Positions 51,460-64,000 of a stretch of 64,000 bases of DNA are shown here, in pieces. The stretch's first letter is position 1. The number at the start of each line of letters is the position of its first letter. The notes beneath the pieces were generated by a model. That model saw nothing but the letters and a program-made list of their open reading frames with translations. It was not told the origin of the DNA and did no database searches. Source of the DNA: Callorhinchus milii. Lineage: Eukaryota. The DNA is taken from assembly GCF_018977255.1 (NCBI RefSeq), contig NW_024704743.1, positions 94,242,001-94,306,000 of the forward strand, written 5' to 3'. The translations under genes and the position numbers were made by a program.

Positions 51460-52450
51460 TCCCGCTCAGCGATGTCATACACAGACAGGGGGTCACTTCC
51501 ATATGTATGCGGATGACACTTAAATCTACTTCTTCTCCTCCAGCTGCGACTCCCAGTCCGCCGATATCCTGTCAGCTTGTTTGACGGACATCAAGGCCTG
51601 GATGAGCGCAAATTTCCTGCAGCTGAATGTCGGCAAGATGGAAGCCTCCTCAACCTCCTCAGACTCACCAAACCCGTGCACAACGTAAGCGTCAGGTTCG
51701 ATCCCTAGCTTTCCTTTCTACCTCACATCTATTCCCTGACCCGAACCGTTTTTTTCCACTTCGTCACATTGCCCACCTCGTCACATTGCCCACCTCGTCA
51801 CATTGCCCACTTCGTCACATTGCCCACCTCGTCACATTGCCCACCTCGTCACATTGCCCACCTCGTCACATTGCCCACCTCGTCACATTGCCCACCTCGT
51901 CACATTGCCCACCTCGTCACATTGCACACCTACGTCCATACCTCACAACAAAATAAGCCGAAACCCTCGTCCACCCCTTTATCACTTCCCGGTTGGACTA
52001 TGCCAATGCCTTCCTCGCTGGTCTCCCCAGCTCCACCATATACAAAATTCAACTAATTCGGAACTCCACTACCCAGTTTCTCACCCGTACAAAACTATGT
52101 ACGACTGTCACACCAGTTCTTGTCTGGCTCCACAGGCTCCCAATTACTGAACGGATCGATTTCAACATCCTCTCACTCGTTTCCAAATCCCTTCATGCCC
52201 TCACACCTCCCTATTTATCCAATTTGCTTACCCCCCCCACCACTCCTCCGCCCGCTATCTCCACTCAGCTGACTCCGGCCTCCTGTTCGTCCCTCGTCCC
52301 TCCCCTCAGTGGCCATGCCTTCAGCCTCCAGCTTGCCCCTTCCCTCCCCACTTTCAAATCCTGCCTAAAGACCGTCCTTTTTGATTGTGCTTACGGTCAC
52401 TTCCCCACTCCCTCTCACTCTGGCTTGGGTTCAGACTCCGCCAGGGACGC
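51460..52450 (+). mobile_element. L2 LINE fragment
   Basis: HMYADDT, WMSANFLQLN, RLDYANAFLAGLP, ERIDFNIL. Confidence 0.88.
51756..51930. repeat. 17-bp tandem repeat, about 10 copies, inside L2
   Basis: Unit cctcgtcacattgccca. Confidence 0.95.
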
Positions 52451-52455
52451 TACCC

Positions 52456-52456
<1 letters not shown>

Positions 52457-52503
<47 letters not shown>

Positions 52504-52518
52504 AACACACACATATAT
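52457..52518. repeat. (CA)n(TA)n(CA)n microsatellite
   Basis: Directly visible. Confidence 0.9.
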
Positions 52519-55500
52519 AACTATATCAATGCAAGTTATTGTTGTTTACCCAGCACCAGCTGGTTAATCCAGGTCCTCACGCAAGGGGTCTTGGCAAAAA
52601 GATGTTAACTTAATTGAATCGTGCTATATCAAATACAAGGATTATTATTATTGTTGTTAAAAATGGGTATGCATTCTTTTAAGAACTCTTGAGAAACTGT
52701 CAAGAATGGTTAGGCTGCAGCTGGAGCATTGCATTCATTTTTGGGCATCTCACTTTAGGAAACATGTTAACAACTTGCATTTATACAGCGGCCCTGACGC
52801 AAGGTAGCGTCCCAGACCACTTTAAGGCCTTGGAGGGGATACAGAGGAGATTTACTAGAATGAGGGGCTTTAGTTATGAGAAAGGATTATGGAATTGGGT
52901 CTGTTTTCATTGAAGCAGAGAAGGTTGAGAGGGGACCTGACTGAGACACAAAATTATGAGGGGTTTGACAAGGTAAATAGGGAGAAGCTATTTGCACTCG
53001 TAGGGGAGTCAATGACTCAGTGGTCAAAGTTATGATAGTCACAAAAAAAACGTAAGGAGAGCTGAGGTGATTTTTTTCTCCCGACTCAGAGATGTTGAGA
53101 TGTGGAATGGGGGTAATTTTGCATTGTGGGTTTCAAGAGAGAAGTAGACAGTTATAAAAGGATTGCTGCTTTCAGGGGTTAAGGAAGGGTAGTGGGATTG
53201 AATGAAACGCTTACACTGAAAGCCAGTGCAGACTTGATAAGCCGAATGACCTCCTTCTGTGCTCTAAATTTCTATGATTCTGTCAACCCGATTAAAAAAG
53301 TAATAAAATTTGTGAAGAGTTAGCATATGAATGGAATTAGTGGGATGAGATTTGGTGGCTCATGAAGAACACCGTTTTGATGGGCTGAATGGCCTGTTTC
53401 TGTACTGTGCTGATTGTCTACATGGACTAAAATCTTGAATTTACTGAATCTAATCCATCTGAAGGAACTTTGCAGAATTTCTCAAGGTCAATGATGATCA
53501 TTGGCTCCTTATACTTCTCTAAACATACTGATACAACCCTCAAGTAAAATAAACAGTACTACACCAACAATTGTACAATTGGCCTGATAATAATCCCTCA
53601 AAATAAAAATAATAAAATTGGTCACTTCAATCCACGACTGTTTGTGCTGCTGTGCGCAATTGGCTGCTGCATTTTGCCCACAAATACAGTCAATTCACTT
53701 TACAGTCCATTCTGTAAAGTGCTTTGAGACGTCTGGAAGACTTGAAAAGCACTACATCAAATGCAAGGATTATTATTATTATTAACAATGAAATATATTC
53801 TCCGGAACTTTTGATTCAATTTTACATTGTGAAGACATCCACTGCAAAATGGACTGATTTCCTCAAACCTAGGTACATAGAGCTCTATCAGGAAAAGATT
53901 ACTTGCTTTCGTTGAACAATAGTTGTTGACTAAACAATCAGGCACAACACTGAGTAGAAGCATTGGGTAACTTATTGCAGGGGAACAGAGAGGCTGTGGA
54001 GTAAGGAAACTTGCCCGATATTTCACCCTGCCAGGGAAAACACCCAGGAACTCTCGCTTGCGAGGTGAGTGCTCTAACCAATACGCTACAAAACTCCACT
54101 CAAAGCCCTTAGGTGGGAATTCAACCAGAGTCCCTAAATGCATGTTTGCTATTTTCAATAGGTTGACCTACACTCAAGATTTTAAAACTCCCTTTCCCAG
54201 CAGCAATAGTTCACTTCTTCTCCATGCTGGACCAGAAATATTTTTGTTTAGGGAACAGTACTGGAGACTCACCTCTTACCATTAAGGTAGTGGGACTGAG
54301 TAAACCTATATTTAATATTCTGAACATAAAAATGTTTAAAAATAATAATACTTACATTTGGTATAGCACTTTTCATGTCAGGATATCTCAAAACACTTTA
54401 AGGGGTATACTTCAAAGTGCATTGACTGTGCGTTTTGTAGCAAACACAGCAGCTAATTTATGCACAGGAATATTCCACAAATAGCCATGAAATGAAAGAC
54501 CTATGTTATTTGGAAGAATTGCTGGCCAGAACATCAGGAGAAATTCCCTTCTCTTTTCAAATAGTGCCTTTAACATCCACCTAAACAAGCACACAGGACT
54601 TCAATTTAATACCTCATCATGAAGCACGGCAACTCGAACAGTACAACACCCCCAGCACTGCACTGGAATGTCAGATTAGACTACACAAGTTCCAAACCCC
54701 AACATAGGGCTTGAACCCACCACTTTCTGACTCAGAAACAAGAGTACTACCAAATGAGCCAGGATGACACACAGATAAGCACTGTATAACTCATTTGGCA
54801 TAAAACAATTTCAGTTCAAAGTAAATAGTAACACTAACAGCTTTACGGTGAAGCGCTTTGAGACATCTCAAAGACGTAATAAGGCGCTATATCAAATGCA
54901 AGGATTATTATTTAGCTTTAGGCAACAGATTTCTGGCTCATATAGCCTATACATACAACTTCCCTCAAAAATCCTAAATAAATCCATTATCAAAATAATC
55001 CAGAATCCAATTGTACAACACAATTTACACTAAAATAGTGCCTTTCACAATCCCAAAGTATCTAAGTTATAAGATATTAAGGAAGTATGTAACCGGTAGG
55101 ATTACATTAAAATTACATCAAATAGTCTACATGTGTGACTTATGCAACAAATTTTTCGCTAAGTCAATTTTTCAAAACCAAATCTCTTATAGTAACATTA
55201 TGAAGCCTATACAACTTTCCTTTATTGATGCAAACTATTTACAGAAAAGCCACACATATCAACAAAAATGTCACTACACGAGTTCCAAGTTCCAACTACT
55301 CGACTAACAAGACTGTGAAGGGCATGGGGAGGGAATAAGCAAGATTGAGCGTCAATTTTCTCAATTCCCAATGTGAGATGTATCAACTGTGACATACCAG
55401 AGGCTAAACAATCTGCGGGGTGGAGGTGGGGATAAGAGAGATGTAAGTCACATTCAGGAGTGATTGGATATTGACAGCAGCCTCAGATGGGTTATCTACC

Positions 55501-57291
55501 CACTACCTTGGTTACAAACACATGGATGATGGGGTAAATGAAACTTATTCAATGAAAACTCCCTCAAATTTATTAACTGTTAGGCTGTAATTCTTGCATA
55601 ATGTGATAGCTTTAAGTCACAAACACAACAGATTTAAGTTTCTTAAGGATTATACTTTCAAGCATTTTCCCCCTATAAAAACAATTATATATAGATACAT
55701 ATATAAAAATTAGATAAATTTTAAAACACCGTTAATTGCCTCCTTCAGGATGCGTGAACATATCATTTGGATTGGATTCATTGAGAAAGGGCTACAATGA
55801 ACAAGGAAAGAAAGCAATTCAGTAATGTTACCTCTTGAAAAAGTGGTAAACGTCTATGCAAATGCTCTGTATAAGTCGATTTCATATTGATACAATGTGT
55901 CAAAGCTAAATTCAATGTTGGTAAACAAATTAAAAATGACATTGAAATATCCACATATAGATGTGTAAAACACTTGCTAGCGTTTGATTTAAAAACGCTC
56001 ACAAACCATGCAATTCGATTTACTATACCCTTAGAACATAACAAAAATATTTTGCTTGAGCTTCACAATAACAATTCTTATGCACAAAATATTAGTTGTA
56101 CTTATTTTGTCACAACAAGATTTTCAGAGATTCCAAACTAAGATGCTAGGATCATTTTTAAGCACATCACACTTGAAAAAAAACAGAACCATTTAAAATT
56201 GAAATCTCAAGGCTGGCAAGTCATCAGTGCATGCAAACAATGAAGCCATGGGCCTAGTTGTATTACAAGAAATAAAATCGCCTTTTGCTGATCACCAAAA
56301 CGTCTTGATAGTAATTTACAAAAACCCAGATTATAAGTGAGTAATAGATTGAACAAGAATTAAATTTCTTAAGATCATCAAGGTTTATATATAGGATTTG
56401 TAGATTCATTTATAAGGAATACTGGCTACATTTACAGTGCACTGGCGGAAAAAATCTAATTAATGTAGTAAAAATATTTGCAGCCCGACTTCAAAAATTC
56501 AAATAAAATGCAACACAATATGAAAAGCAGTCTCCACCCATGAAATATCTTAAATCCACAATACTCATCAAATACCAGATCTGTCAGCACTGCTTCACCA
56601 CAGCCTTTCTTAAATAGTCAGATGCGATTCCTTCAAGCAAAATCTGGAACTGATTTAGCATCTACTGTCCTTTTTCCGAGAATTCCTCAATGGTTACAGA
56701 GGTCTAGGTTCTTTGTACGAGCCTGCTACAAGAGGAAATCTCACTGAATGCATGACATGGTGACCTCGACTGTCAGGCATTTCACCAATCGGATTGCAGA
56801 ATTTTACAAAGCTCCGTCAATCTGGTTTGCTTAATAATACCACCAACTGCAGCTCAATCCAGAGGAATCCATTTTTCCAAATTCACTGGGGAGTGCTCCG
56901 TTCATCTGTTTTCCTAACTACATTTTATTTCCGACAAACCTTGTTAAATCTCTCTTTCGGTAACTGAAAATGGTACAGTCCCACTTCACAGAAATAATTA
57001 CTTCATCTTATCAATAACAAGATAGAAGGGGACCTAGCAAAACTGGGGGGGGGGGGGGGGGCGGAGGAAAAAAAAAGCACAAGGGCATTCATAAACAAAC
57101 AGTTTTTCTGTTCCAATAATTTACTATTATTCTATGTATCAATACTAAAGCAAATTGTACTTAAAATTGGAAAAAGCATTCAAATTAAGTTCTTTCACAC
57201 ACATCTAGGTTATGCAGCTCAATTATGTAACCCCTTGCATTTCCTCATTCTACTGCAGTCTCCAGCCATAGCTAAACATAGCACTGGTTAC

Positions 57292-57410
57292 CTGTAAGAA
57301 CGCTCCCCTCTCACTGTGTGCTTCCGAAAAGGAATAATGGTACCATTGTCCTGAACGATGTCGTTGTTATTCTCACCATTTGGGGAAATTGCTTGTGTGG
57401 GACCAGGCAT
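57292..57410 (-). CDS. MAPRE2: MAPRE2 (EB2) coding exon 1
   Basis: Encodes MPGPTQAISPNGENNNDIVQDNGTIIPFRKHTVRGERSY, the EB2-specific N-terminal extension. Donor CAG|gtaacc; 119 nt. Confidence 0.95.
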
Positions 57411-57419
57411 TGGAGCCAT

Positions 57420-57660
57420 CCCAGATGGTATAAATTTCTAACACTGTGCTGTAGGGTAGGCTGTGAGCCTGCTTCTTCACAACAGGGCTCTGCTTGACCT
57501 CAGTGCTGACGTCAAACGTAGCAGAAAAAAATCTGGAGACGTTGTGAGGCAGCATCCAAGTCATGTGACAGGATTTTACCATGGTAACCCGCTAACTCAT
57601 CAGATCTCAACCATCCACACAGGAACCCAGTACAGCCACGTCAATATATTAAAAGCAAAA
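57420..57660 (-). promoter_or_regulatory. MAPRE2 exon 1 5' UTR / proximal promoter
   Basis: CRE TGACGTCA 57507-57514, variant TGACCTCA 57495-57502, GTCATGTGAC E-box 57560-57569, X-box-like TTTACCATGGTAAC 57575-57588, all directly upstream of the ATG. Confidence 0.55.
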
Positions 57661-58009
57661 TAAGAGGCAACTGCGAGAACACTTCCATCTGTTGTATAAT
57701 CCTCCGCACCTTAGCCTTAAACTACATCTTCATTCAGACAATATAATTTATGGCCACATTAAAGCTCCTGCTGAGTGCACAAAAGACCACTCGTACTACA
57801 TTCAATTTAAAACTCCAGGATCATTTTTGCAACAAAAATAATTATCTTGTAGTCAAAATAAAGGTTTAGGACTATTAAAGCTCATAATACTGTAGTTATT
57901 CTGCATTCTGCTTTCTAAACTGTTCCATTTCCTTTTTACTCAAAACAAAGTATTATTTATTTTCCATTGTTTTCCTAAAGGGGTTTCAAATCCTTTTTCC
58001 ATCTACTCA

Positions 58010-58360
58010 GGTATTGCCCCATGGGCACACTCTGGATGCTTGCCCACTTGGTTATTATTTATTCACGAGCCTCATTGGGGTGCCACTAGGTTTTTCCAAT
58101 TGCAGGGGCATTAGAGCTGAGTTCAACATGTCCTTGCTTGACAACACATGTGCAATTCCAGCAGGGGTCGTTAGATATTAATTAAAAGCTGGAACTCTGA
58201 AGATTTTCCCTTCCATAACACAGGGCCCTGAGGCCAATTGTAGAAACCCAAGCGCTGCCCAGCTAAGATCTGCTGAATTAACATAGATGTGGGTGGAAGA
58301 TAGGACCTTCCCCATCTGTATGGCTCAGCTTCTCATTGGGTAAACTCACTGAGCCACACA
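58010..58360 (-). mobile_element. Old SINE of a third, unassigned family
   Basis: tggctcagtgag head, ctacaattggcctcag and gacccctgctgga body. Related decayed copy at about 33110-33410. Confidence 0.5.
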
Positions 58361-60269
58361 TGGAGCTTCTCAAGCCTTTTGATGAAAATGCAACATGCAA
58401 AGTACACGTACTGACCAACAAGACAAATCTAGTATTTTCAAGAGAAGAATCAGCAACAAGTAATCAACAGGTAAACTATCAGAAGTACTCTGTATTGCAA
58501 TATTCATTGTATAAATACATACTCCAACTTTTCAGTCAAAATTTTTTAAAAATTGTATATACAGGAAGCTAAACACCAAAGCTGAGGTCACTGCTTTTAG
58601 TCCAAGAGGGAATGGACTATTCCACTCTACTCAGAGAAAGCATGCATCTCCCCAAATCAAGTACAAATGCATTAAGAAAGAAAAAATTATTTTGATAGAT
58701 GAAACTTAAGAGGACAAAGTTTTAAAAATGTGCTCTTCTGAAGAAAAACGTATATGAACATTTTAAACTACCTTTTTTAAAAAAAGGCAAGTGAATATGA
58801 AGTCTTGTACTAATAATACTGTGTATAATAAATATCCTTGGAGTTGATATTAGTGCTTAGTACTTATTATTGAGACGCCTCAAAGAGCATTATACAAGTC
58901 AGCTGTGCATTACAATACAGATTTTCCCTGAAATCCTGACAATAGAAAACAAAGTATAGGTATATGCACTTGACCCAATTTAATACACTTCACCATAAAA
59001 TAACTTCAGCTCAATACACTTCAATGGCACTCTTTAGCATCTTACTGATAATATTACTGATTATAGATTTGTCTTCCGATTACAATTTAAGGGAGAATAA
59101 GATTGAACTCTGACCTTACGACAAATAAAATCCACAGATACCTGACTAACAGCATTCTGTGTAAGTTGGAAATTGTTACTAATCAGCTCAAAAGATTCTA
59201 AGTGAGACACAATAACCTCTTATACAGCACTTCCACAAATAGTTTCTCTCAATAGTGCAACCTTTCATGTCTCAATAAAATTAGGTAAAATGGAAGGAAG
59301 TTAAACCATGTTTCCTTCGTACAGCTGAAGTCACTTTAGAAGGAAAAAAACATATTTGAAAGTTATGCACAATTAAGATTAGCTGTAACTTTGAAATCCT
59401 TAAACCCATATTAAAAGAAAATTGACCCAAACAAGGCATCTGAGGTATTGTCCAAACAGTTTTTAAACATACTTATGCTCCAGGTTCAGCTGGATCAGGA
59501 AGATCCAACTTTTTGGCTGCTGAGGGCTGAATGCCACCGTTGAGAAATGTCACAGGCTACATAAGCAAAATATGCAACAATAACATTTTAAAATACTCCT
59601 GCTGCATTGCACCTCTTCGTTCCATCACTCTCCACGCCATCTTTTATGAGGCAGTGCGGAGACCAACCAGAAGAGAGGTGCAGCAGGGAGGTAAAACAAT
59701 GAAGTCGGAAATGGTTAATGCCCAGATGAAATTATTCCCTAGGTCGGATGCCAGCAGGACCATCCTGAACTAAATCAATTATAGTTTATGACAACTTACT
59801 ACCAATGCAAATGTTTCCATGTCTACACAGTAATGATACTAGAGACACTCTGGAGTATAATTTTGTGTACTAACTAAAGAAGAACTCATTCACCTATTAG
59901 GGCGCATGTATTGTTGAGTTAACAAAATTTACTTCTCCCCTCCCTCAATATTTTGTTTGTGTTCCAATGATCTAGCTCCAGGCCAAGTTCTCAGAATGAT
60001 ACATACGTTATCATATGAAGCTTTTCCCATCAAAAATTGTTGTTCAAAGTATAGTGAGGCATGAGCATAGTGACTGGTTATTAAGCAAAACACTGCCCCA
60101 AATTGTTGGTCAGCAATATCTCACAAACAACATTAAGCAGAATTAAGCCTTTTTGGGTTCAATTTGGGTGACAGAGGAATATTTATTAGGACGTGACAAT
60201 TCTGTGCTCTTTAAAACAGTGTTAAAAGATTTTAGCCCATCTGAACCGCCAATTGTCAGGTTCTATGTT

Positions 60270-60577
60270 TAATAATAATCCTTGCATTTGATATAGTGCC
60301 TTCGAGATGTCTCAAAGCACTTCACAAAATATACTCTAAAGTGAATTGACTGTATATTTTGTGGGCGAAACGCGGCAGCCAAATGCCCACAGCAATGTCC
60401 CATAAGCAGTCGTGGATTGAGTGACCAAATGATTATTATTTTTTGAAGCGATTATTATACCCGGAAAGCAATCCGCCAACTGAGTTCCTACTTACTGCTA
60501 GGTAAACAGAGGCACTTGGGAGTAAGGAAACTTGCTCAACATTTCGCCTGACCGGGAATCGAACCCACAGGATTCCA
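60270..60577 (-). mobile_element. tRNA-derived SINE, subfamily B
   Basis: Body and tail match. Further fragments near 44850-45003, 49954-50104, 53586-53784, 53918-54098 and 54840-54912. Confidence 0.75.
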
Positions 60578-62410
60578 TAAACATCTCATCTCAAGAGTGC
60601 TACAAACGCTATTTTGTCAAGCAGTTTCTAGAAATTAGAAAATGCTGAGGTAGGCACCTCCCTCTCTACTTACATTAGTTCAAAGTTTGGTTACAGGTTT
60701 ACAATCATCTTTCTCCAGACAACTATAAGCTCACATTTCGGCCCCTAAATCAAATATGCTAATTTAGAACATGTTGTACTAATTAAATTTCACAAAAAAA
60801 ATCTCTAGTATCTCCAAACAATTCCTGCGTTTGAACAACACCATAATCTACTAGGCCACACATAACAAACCACATCAGTGATTTGTGAGATGGAGCTGAG
60901 GTTGGGTGGGATGGAGAAGCCAAGTACTTTTAAAAAAAATTTTTAGCACAGAAGCAGTGATGTTCAGTTATGTTCTTGATTCCCACTCCAAAATTAATTA
61001 TACTAATTTGTTAAACCATAAAAACTTACCCAAGCACATGATCAGCAAACCAATCAGCAGGTCTCAATGTAAGGCTCTGCCTACCTAATCAAAGCTTAAT
61101 ATCATATAAAAAATGTAGAGAAAAATAAATCACAGCAGCGTCCATTGGTACTGCTAGGAAATAACACAGTTAAATACTGTACAAAGCCTCTAACAAAATT
61201 TGCTCGCAACAAGCCTTCTAAATACTCAGGCACAAAGACTTATTGTTTTATGCATCTGCCTTAATCATGTGTGCCTCCATCACTGGAATACAAGGAAATA
61301 CCCAATTAAAATATTCAAAGTTTCCCACTTGAACAATCATTACTTTGTCTTTTTGTGCACAATTTGTAGGCATATAGATGGAAGCTACTTTTTCTTCTAC
61401 ATAATAGTTTTTCTTCTGCATAATATAGCAAACAAAAGTTAATTTGCTTCATGGCTGTTTATGGAACATTGCTGTGCGTAATTGATCTGCCGTGTTCACC
61501 TAGTCTCTTTTGCGGTAAATCCCGTGAAGCTCTTTGAATGTCCTCCCAATGTGAAAATCACTGTATCAAAGCAGGATTATTATTTATTATAATTGTACTT
61601 TTTTTTAGAATGAAGAAACAATTGTTTTGTGATTTGAATTACAATCAATTCAATAACCACCAACTTCAAATATTTGCTATGTAAAAGTCATAACATCATT
61701 ATTTAGTTAAAATGAAGATTCGGTGTCCTGAACAGTCAGTTGTTCCAAATAAAATCTCCAGCTTGTTCAGATTACATTTAGCAAACACATGTATTAATTG
61801 AATTGTTAATCACTAAAGACCTAAAAAACAGTGCAGTGTTGGTTTCATTATTGTTGTGTCATCAGTCTTCCAGAGACAATGATTCAGCCTGAACCAAGTC
61901 ACAAACTACATATGTAATATTCACAGGTCTAACAGTAACATCCAAGACCATTGAAGCCATCAAGTTACTCTAGTTCTGTATGTGCGAGAGAGTGTATGTG
62001 CAAGGTGGACGACAAAGAATCAAGTGATCCACAAAATTGGCTCCAGTCAGACTTGGATTAAGTATTAATATGATTTTTGACATCGGCTAATAACTTTGAA
62101 GAAAAATAAATGAAGAGCCTCCAAATATTCCATAGTTAACACCATAGTTAACGTAGATCATTCACCAATATAAAGTACTTATGGTTTCTGGCCAATAATC
62201 CCCAAATTAAATTGGGTCACTGATTGACTCCTTGGCTGTTTGTGAAACATTGCTGCCCACAACTGACTGCCGCGTATCCCCCCAAAGTCAAAATCAATTT
62301 ACTAATGCCTTATCATGTCACTGAAATATCTCAAACGCTTCACATTCAGCTAATAACTTTGAAGAAAAATAAATGAAGAACCTCCAAATATTCCATAGTT
62401 AACACCATAT

Positions 62411-63382
62411 TCATAGATTCATAGAATGTTACGGCACATAAGGAGGCCATTCGGCCCATCGAGTCTGTGCCGGCTCTTGACAGAGCAAGTCACTTTCACT
62501 AACCCCAATCACCAGCATTCTCCCCATAACCCTGCAAATCCGTCTTCCACAGATACCTATCCAGTTCTCTCTTAAAAGCTGTTATCGAATCAGACTTCAC
62601 TACCCTTTCAGGCAGATCATTCCAAATTCGAACAACTCGCTGAGTGAAAAAATGTCTTCTAAACTCCCCTCTGCTTCTTTTCGTAGATATCTTAAGACTG
62701 TGACCACGGGTCACAGACACACCTACCAGCGGAAACAGCTTTTCCTTATCTGGCCTGTCGAAACCTTTCATGATCTTGAAGACCTCTATCAGGTCCCCAC
62801 GTAACCTTCTCTGCTCTAATGGGAAAAGTCCTAACTTCTCCAGCCTGTCCTCATAGCTAAGCTTCCCCATTCCTGGTATCATTCTCGTGAACCTCCTCTG
62901 CACCCTTTCCAGTGCCTTAATGTCCTTCCTGAGGTAAGGTGCCCAGAACTGGATGCAGTACTCCAGCTGAGGCCTAATCAGTGTTTTGTATAGATTAACC
63001 ATAATCTCCCTCCTCACTATTTACTACCCTACCTAACTTTGTATCATCTGCAAACTTGGAAATAGTGCACTCCATGCCCAAGTCGAGATTATTAATATAT
63101 ATTAGAAAGAGCAGTGGTCCCAATACCCATCCCTGGGGGACACCGCTGCACACCTCCTTCCATTTTGAGAAACACCCATTAACCACCACCCTCTGCTTTC
63201 TGTCACTCAGCCAGTTCCTAATCCAAACTGCCACTGTCCCCTTAATACCATGGGCCTCTAATTTGTTTATTAATCTCTTATGCGGTACTGTGTCAAAAGC
63301 CATTTTGAAATAAATGGAAATAACGTCCACCGCATTTCCCTCATCAACCCTCGCAGTCACCTCTTCAAAAAATTCTATTAGA
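62411..63382 (-). mobile_element. CR1 LINE 3' fragment with internal deletion
   Basis: RT motifs (GVPQG, FADDTK) joined directly to the C-terminal part; catagattcatagaa tail. Confidence 0.92.
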
Positions 63383-64000
63383 CAGAGAAGTGCTTTGAGA
63401 TGTCTCGATGACATAAGGCATTGTATGAAATGCAAGGATTATTATTATAATAAAACTGCCCTTTATGATATAGAAATAAAATGGTAGATGCACATACTTC
63501 AGAATTCTATTAGCAAATAATTCTCTATGGCAGAGACCACCACGATCAATTGCCACGTCAAAAATGACAGCTTCAGACCTCTTTCTCCCAAAGCCTTAAG
63601 TGCTATGATCAATTATCAACTATTTTAGAGGTATTTCATAATTAATGTTGGCTTATGCTGTTTAAGCTGCGGTTTGTCTGCAGATGTTGGATCCATTCAA
63701 AAAAAATTCAACCAACACAGAATATTTATGATCATGTAGATCTGTCATTAAGAACCACAGGCTTTTGAATTGCTGATCTCCTGACAAGAATACAAGGACT
63801 CACTGGAGGCACATAAATAGGGACCTCACTTCAGATGGCCCAGTATACAATCCAAGGCTCAAGTTGATTATTGTAGCATCAAACTCTTATTTCTAGTAAC
63901 CAGACATAACACACCATCACACTGGTCAAAACCCCGAAATGATCCCAGTTATCCCTTACATCCTCACCAGGTTTTCAATGCCTGAACTGTATAGTAAGCC

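Noticed and set aside
24376..57410. Calling the gene MAPRE1 or MAPRE3
   Set aside because: The EB2-specific exon 1, [30 protein letters not shown] and KPGSTPSRPSSA outweigh the EB1-like tail.

Overview
AT-rich vertebrate genomic DNA. The repeat landscape (Deu-domain SINEs, CR1, L2) suggests a cartilaginous fish, which is an inference. Two spliced genes lie on the minus strand. (1) A complete 7-exon MAPRE2 (EB2) coding sequence runs from ATG 57410 to TGA 24376: 966 nt, 321 aa, all GT-AG introns with matching phases, and a probable ~2.5 kb 3' UTR. (2) The CpG-island promoter and first two coding exons of SPIDR (2529-2512, 572-417) run off the left edge. Most other sequence is intron or intergenic DNA with CR1 and L2 fragments, a young tRNA-headed SINE sharing its 3' stem-loop with one L2 subfamily, older SINEs, small MITEs and minisatellites. 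Nearly all ORFs in the track are TE-derived or spurious. I found no convincing new multi-gene system. Best leads: an EB2 retaining the EB1-type EGFxxP tail, a perfect recursive-splice-type CAG|GTGAGT at the start of exon 6, a duplicated ~145 bp 3' UTR element, and an unclassified coding-like repeat. Repeat boundaries were set by eye and are approximate. Protein comparisons are from memory, not from searches.
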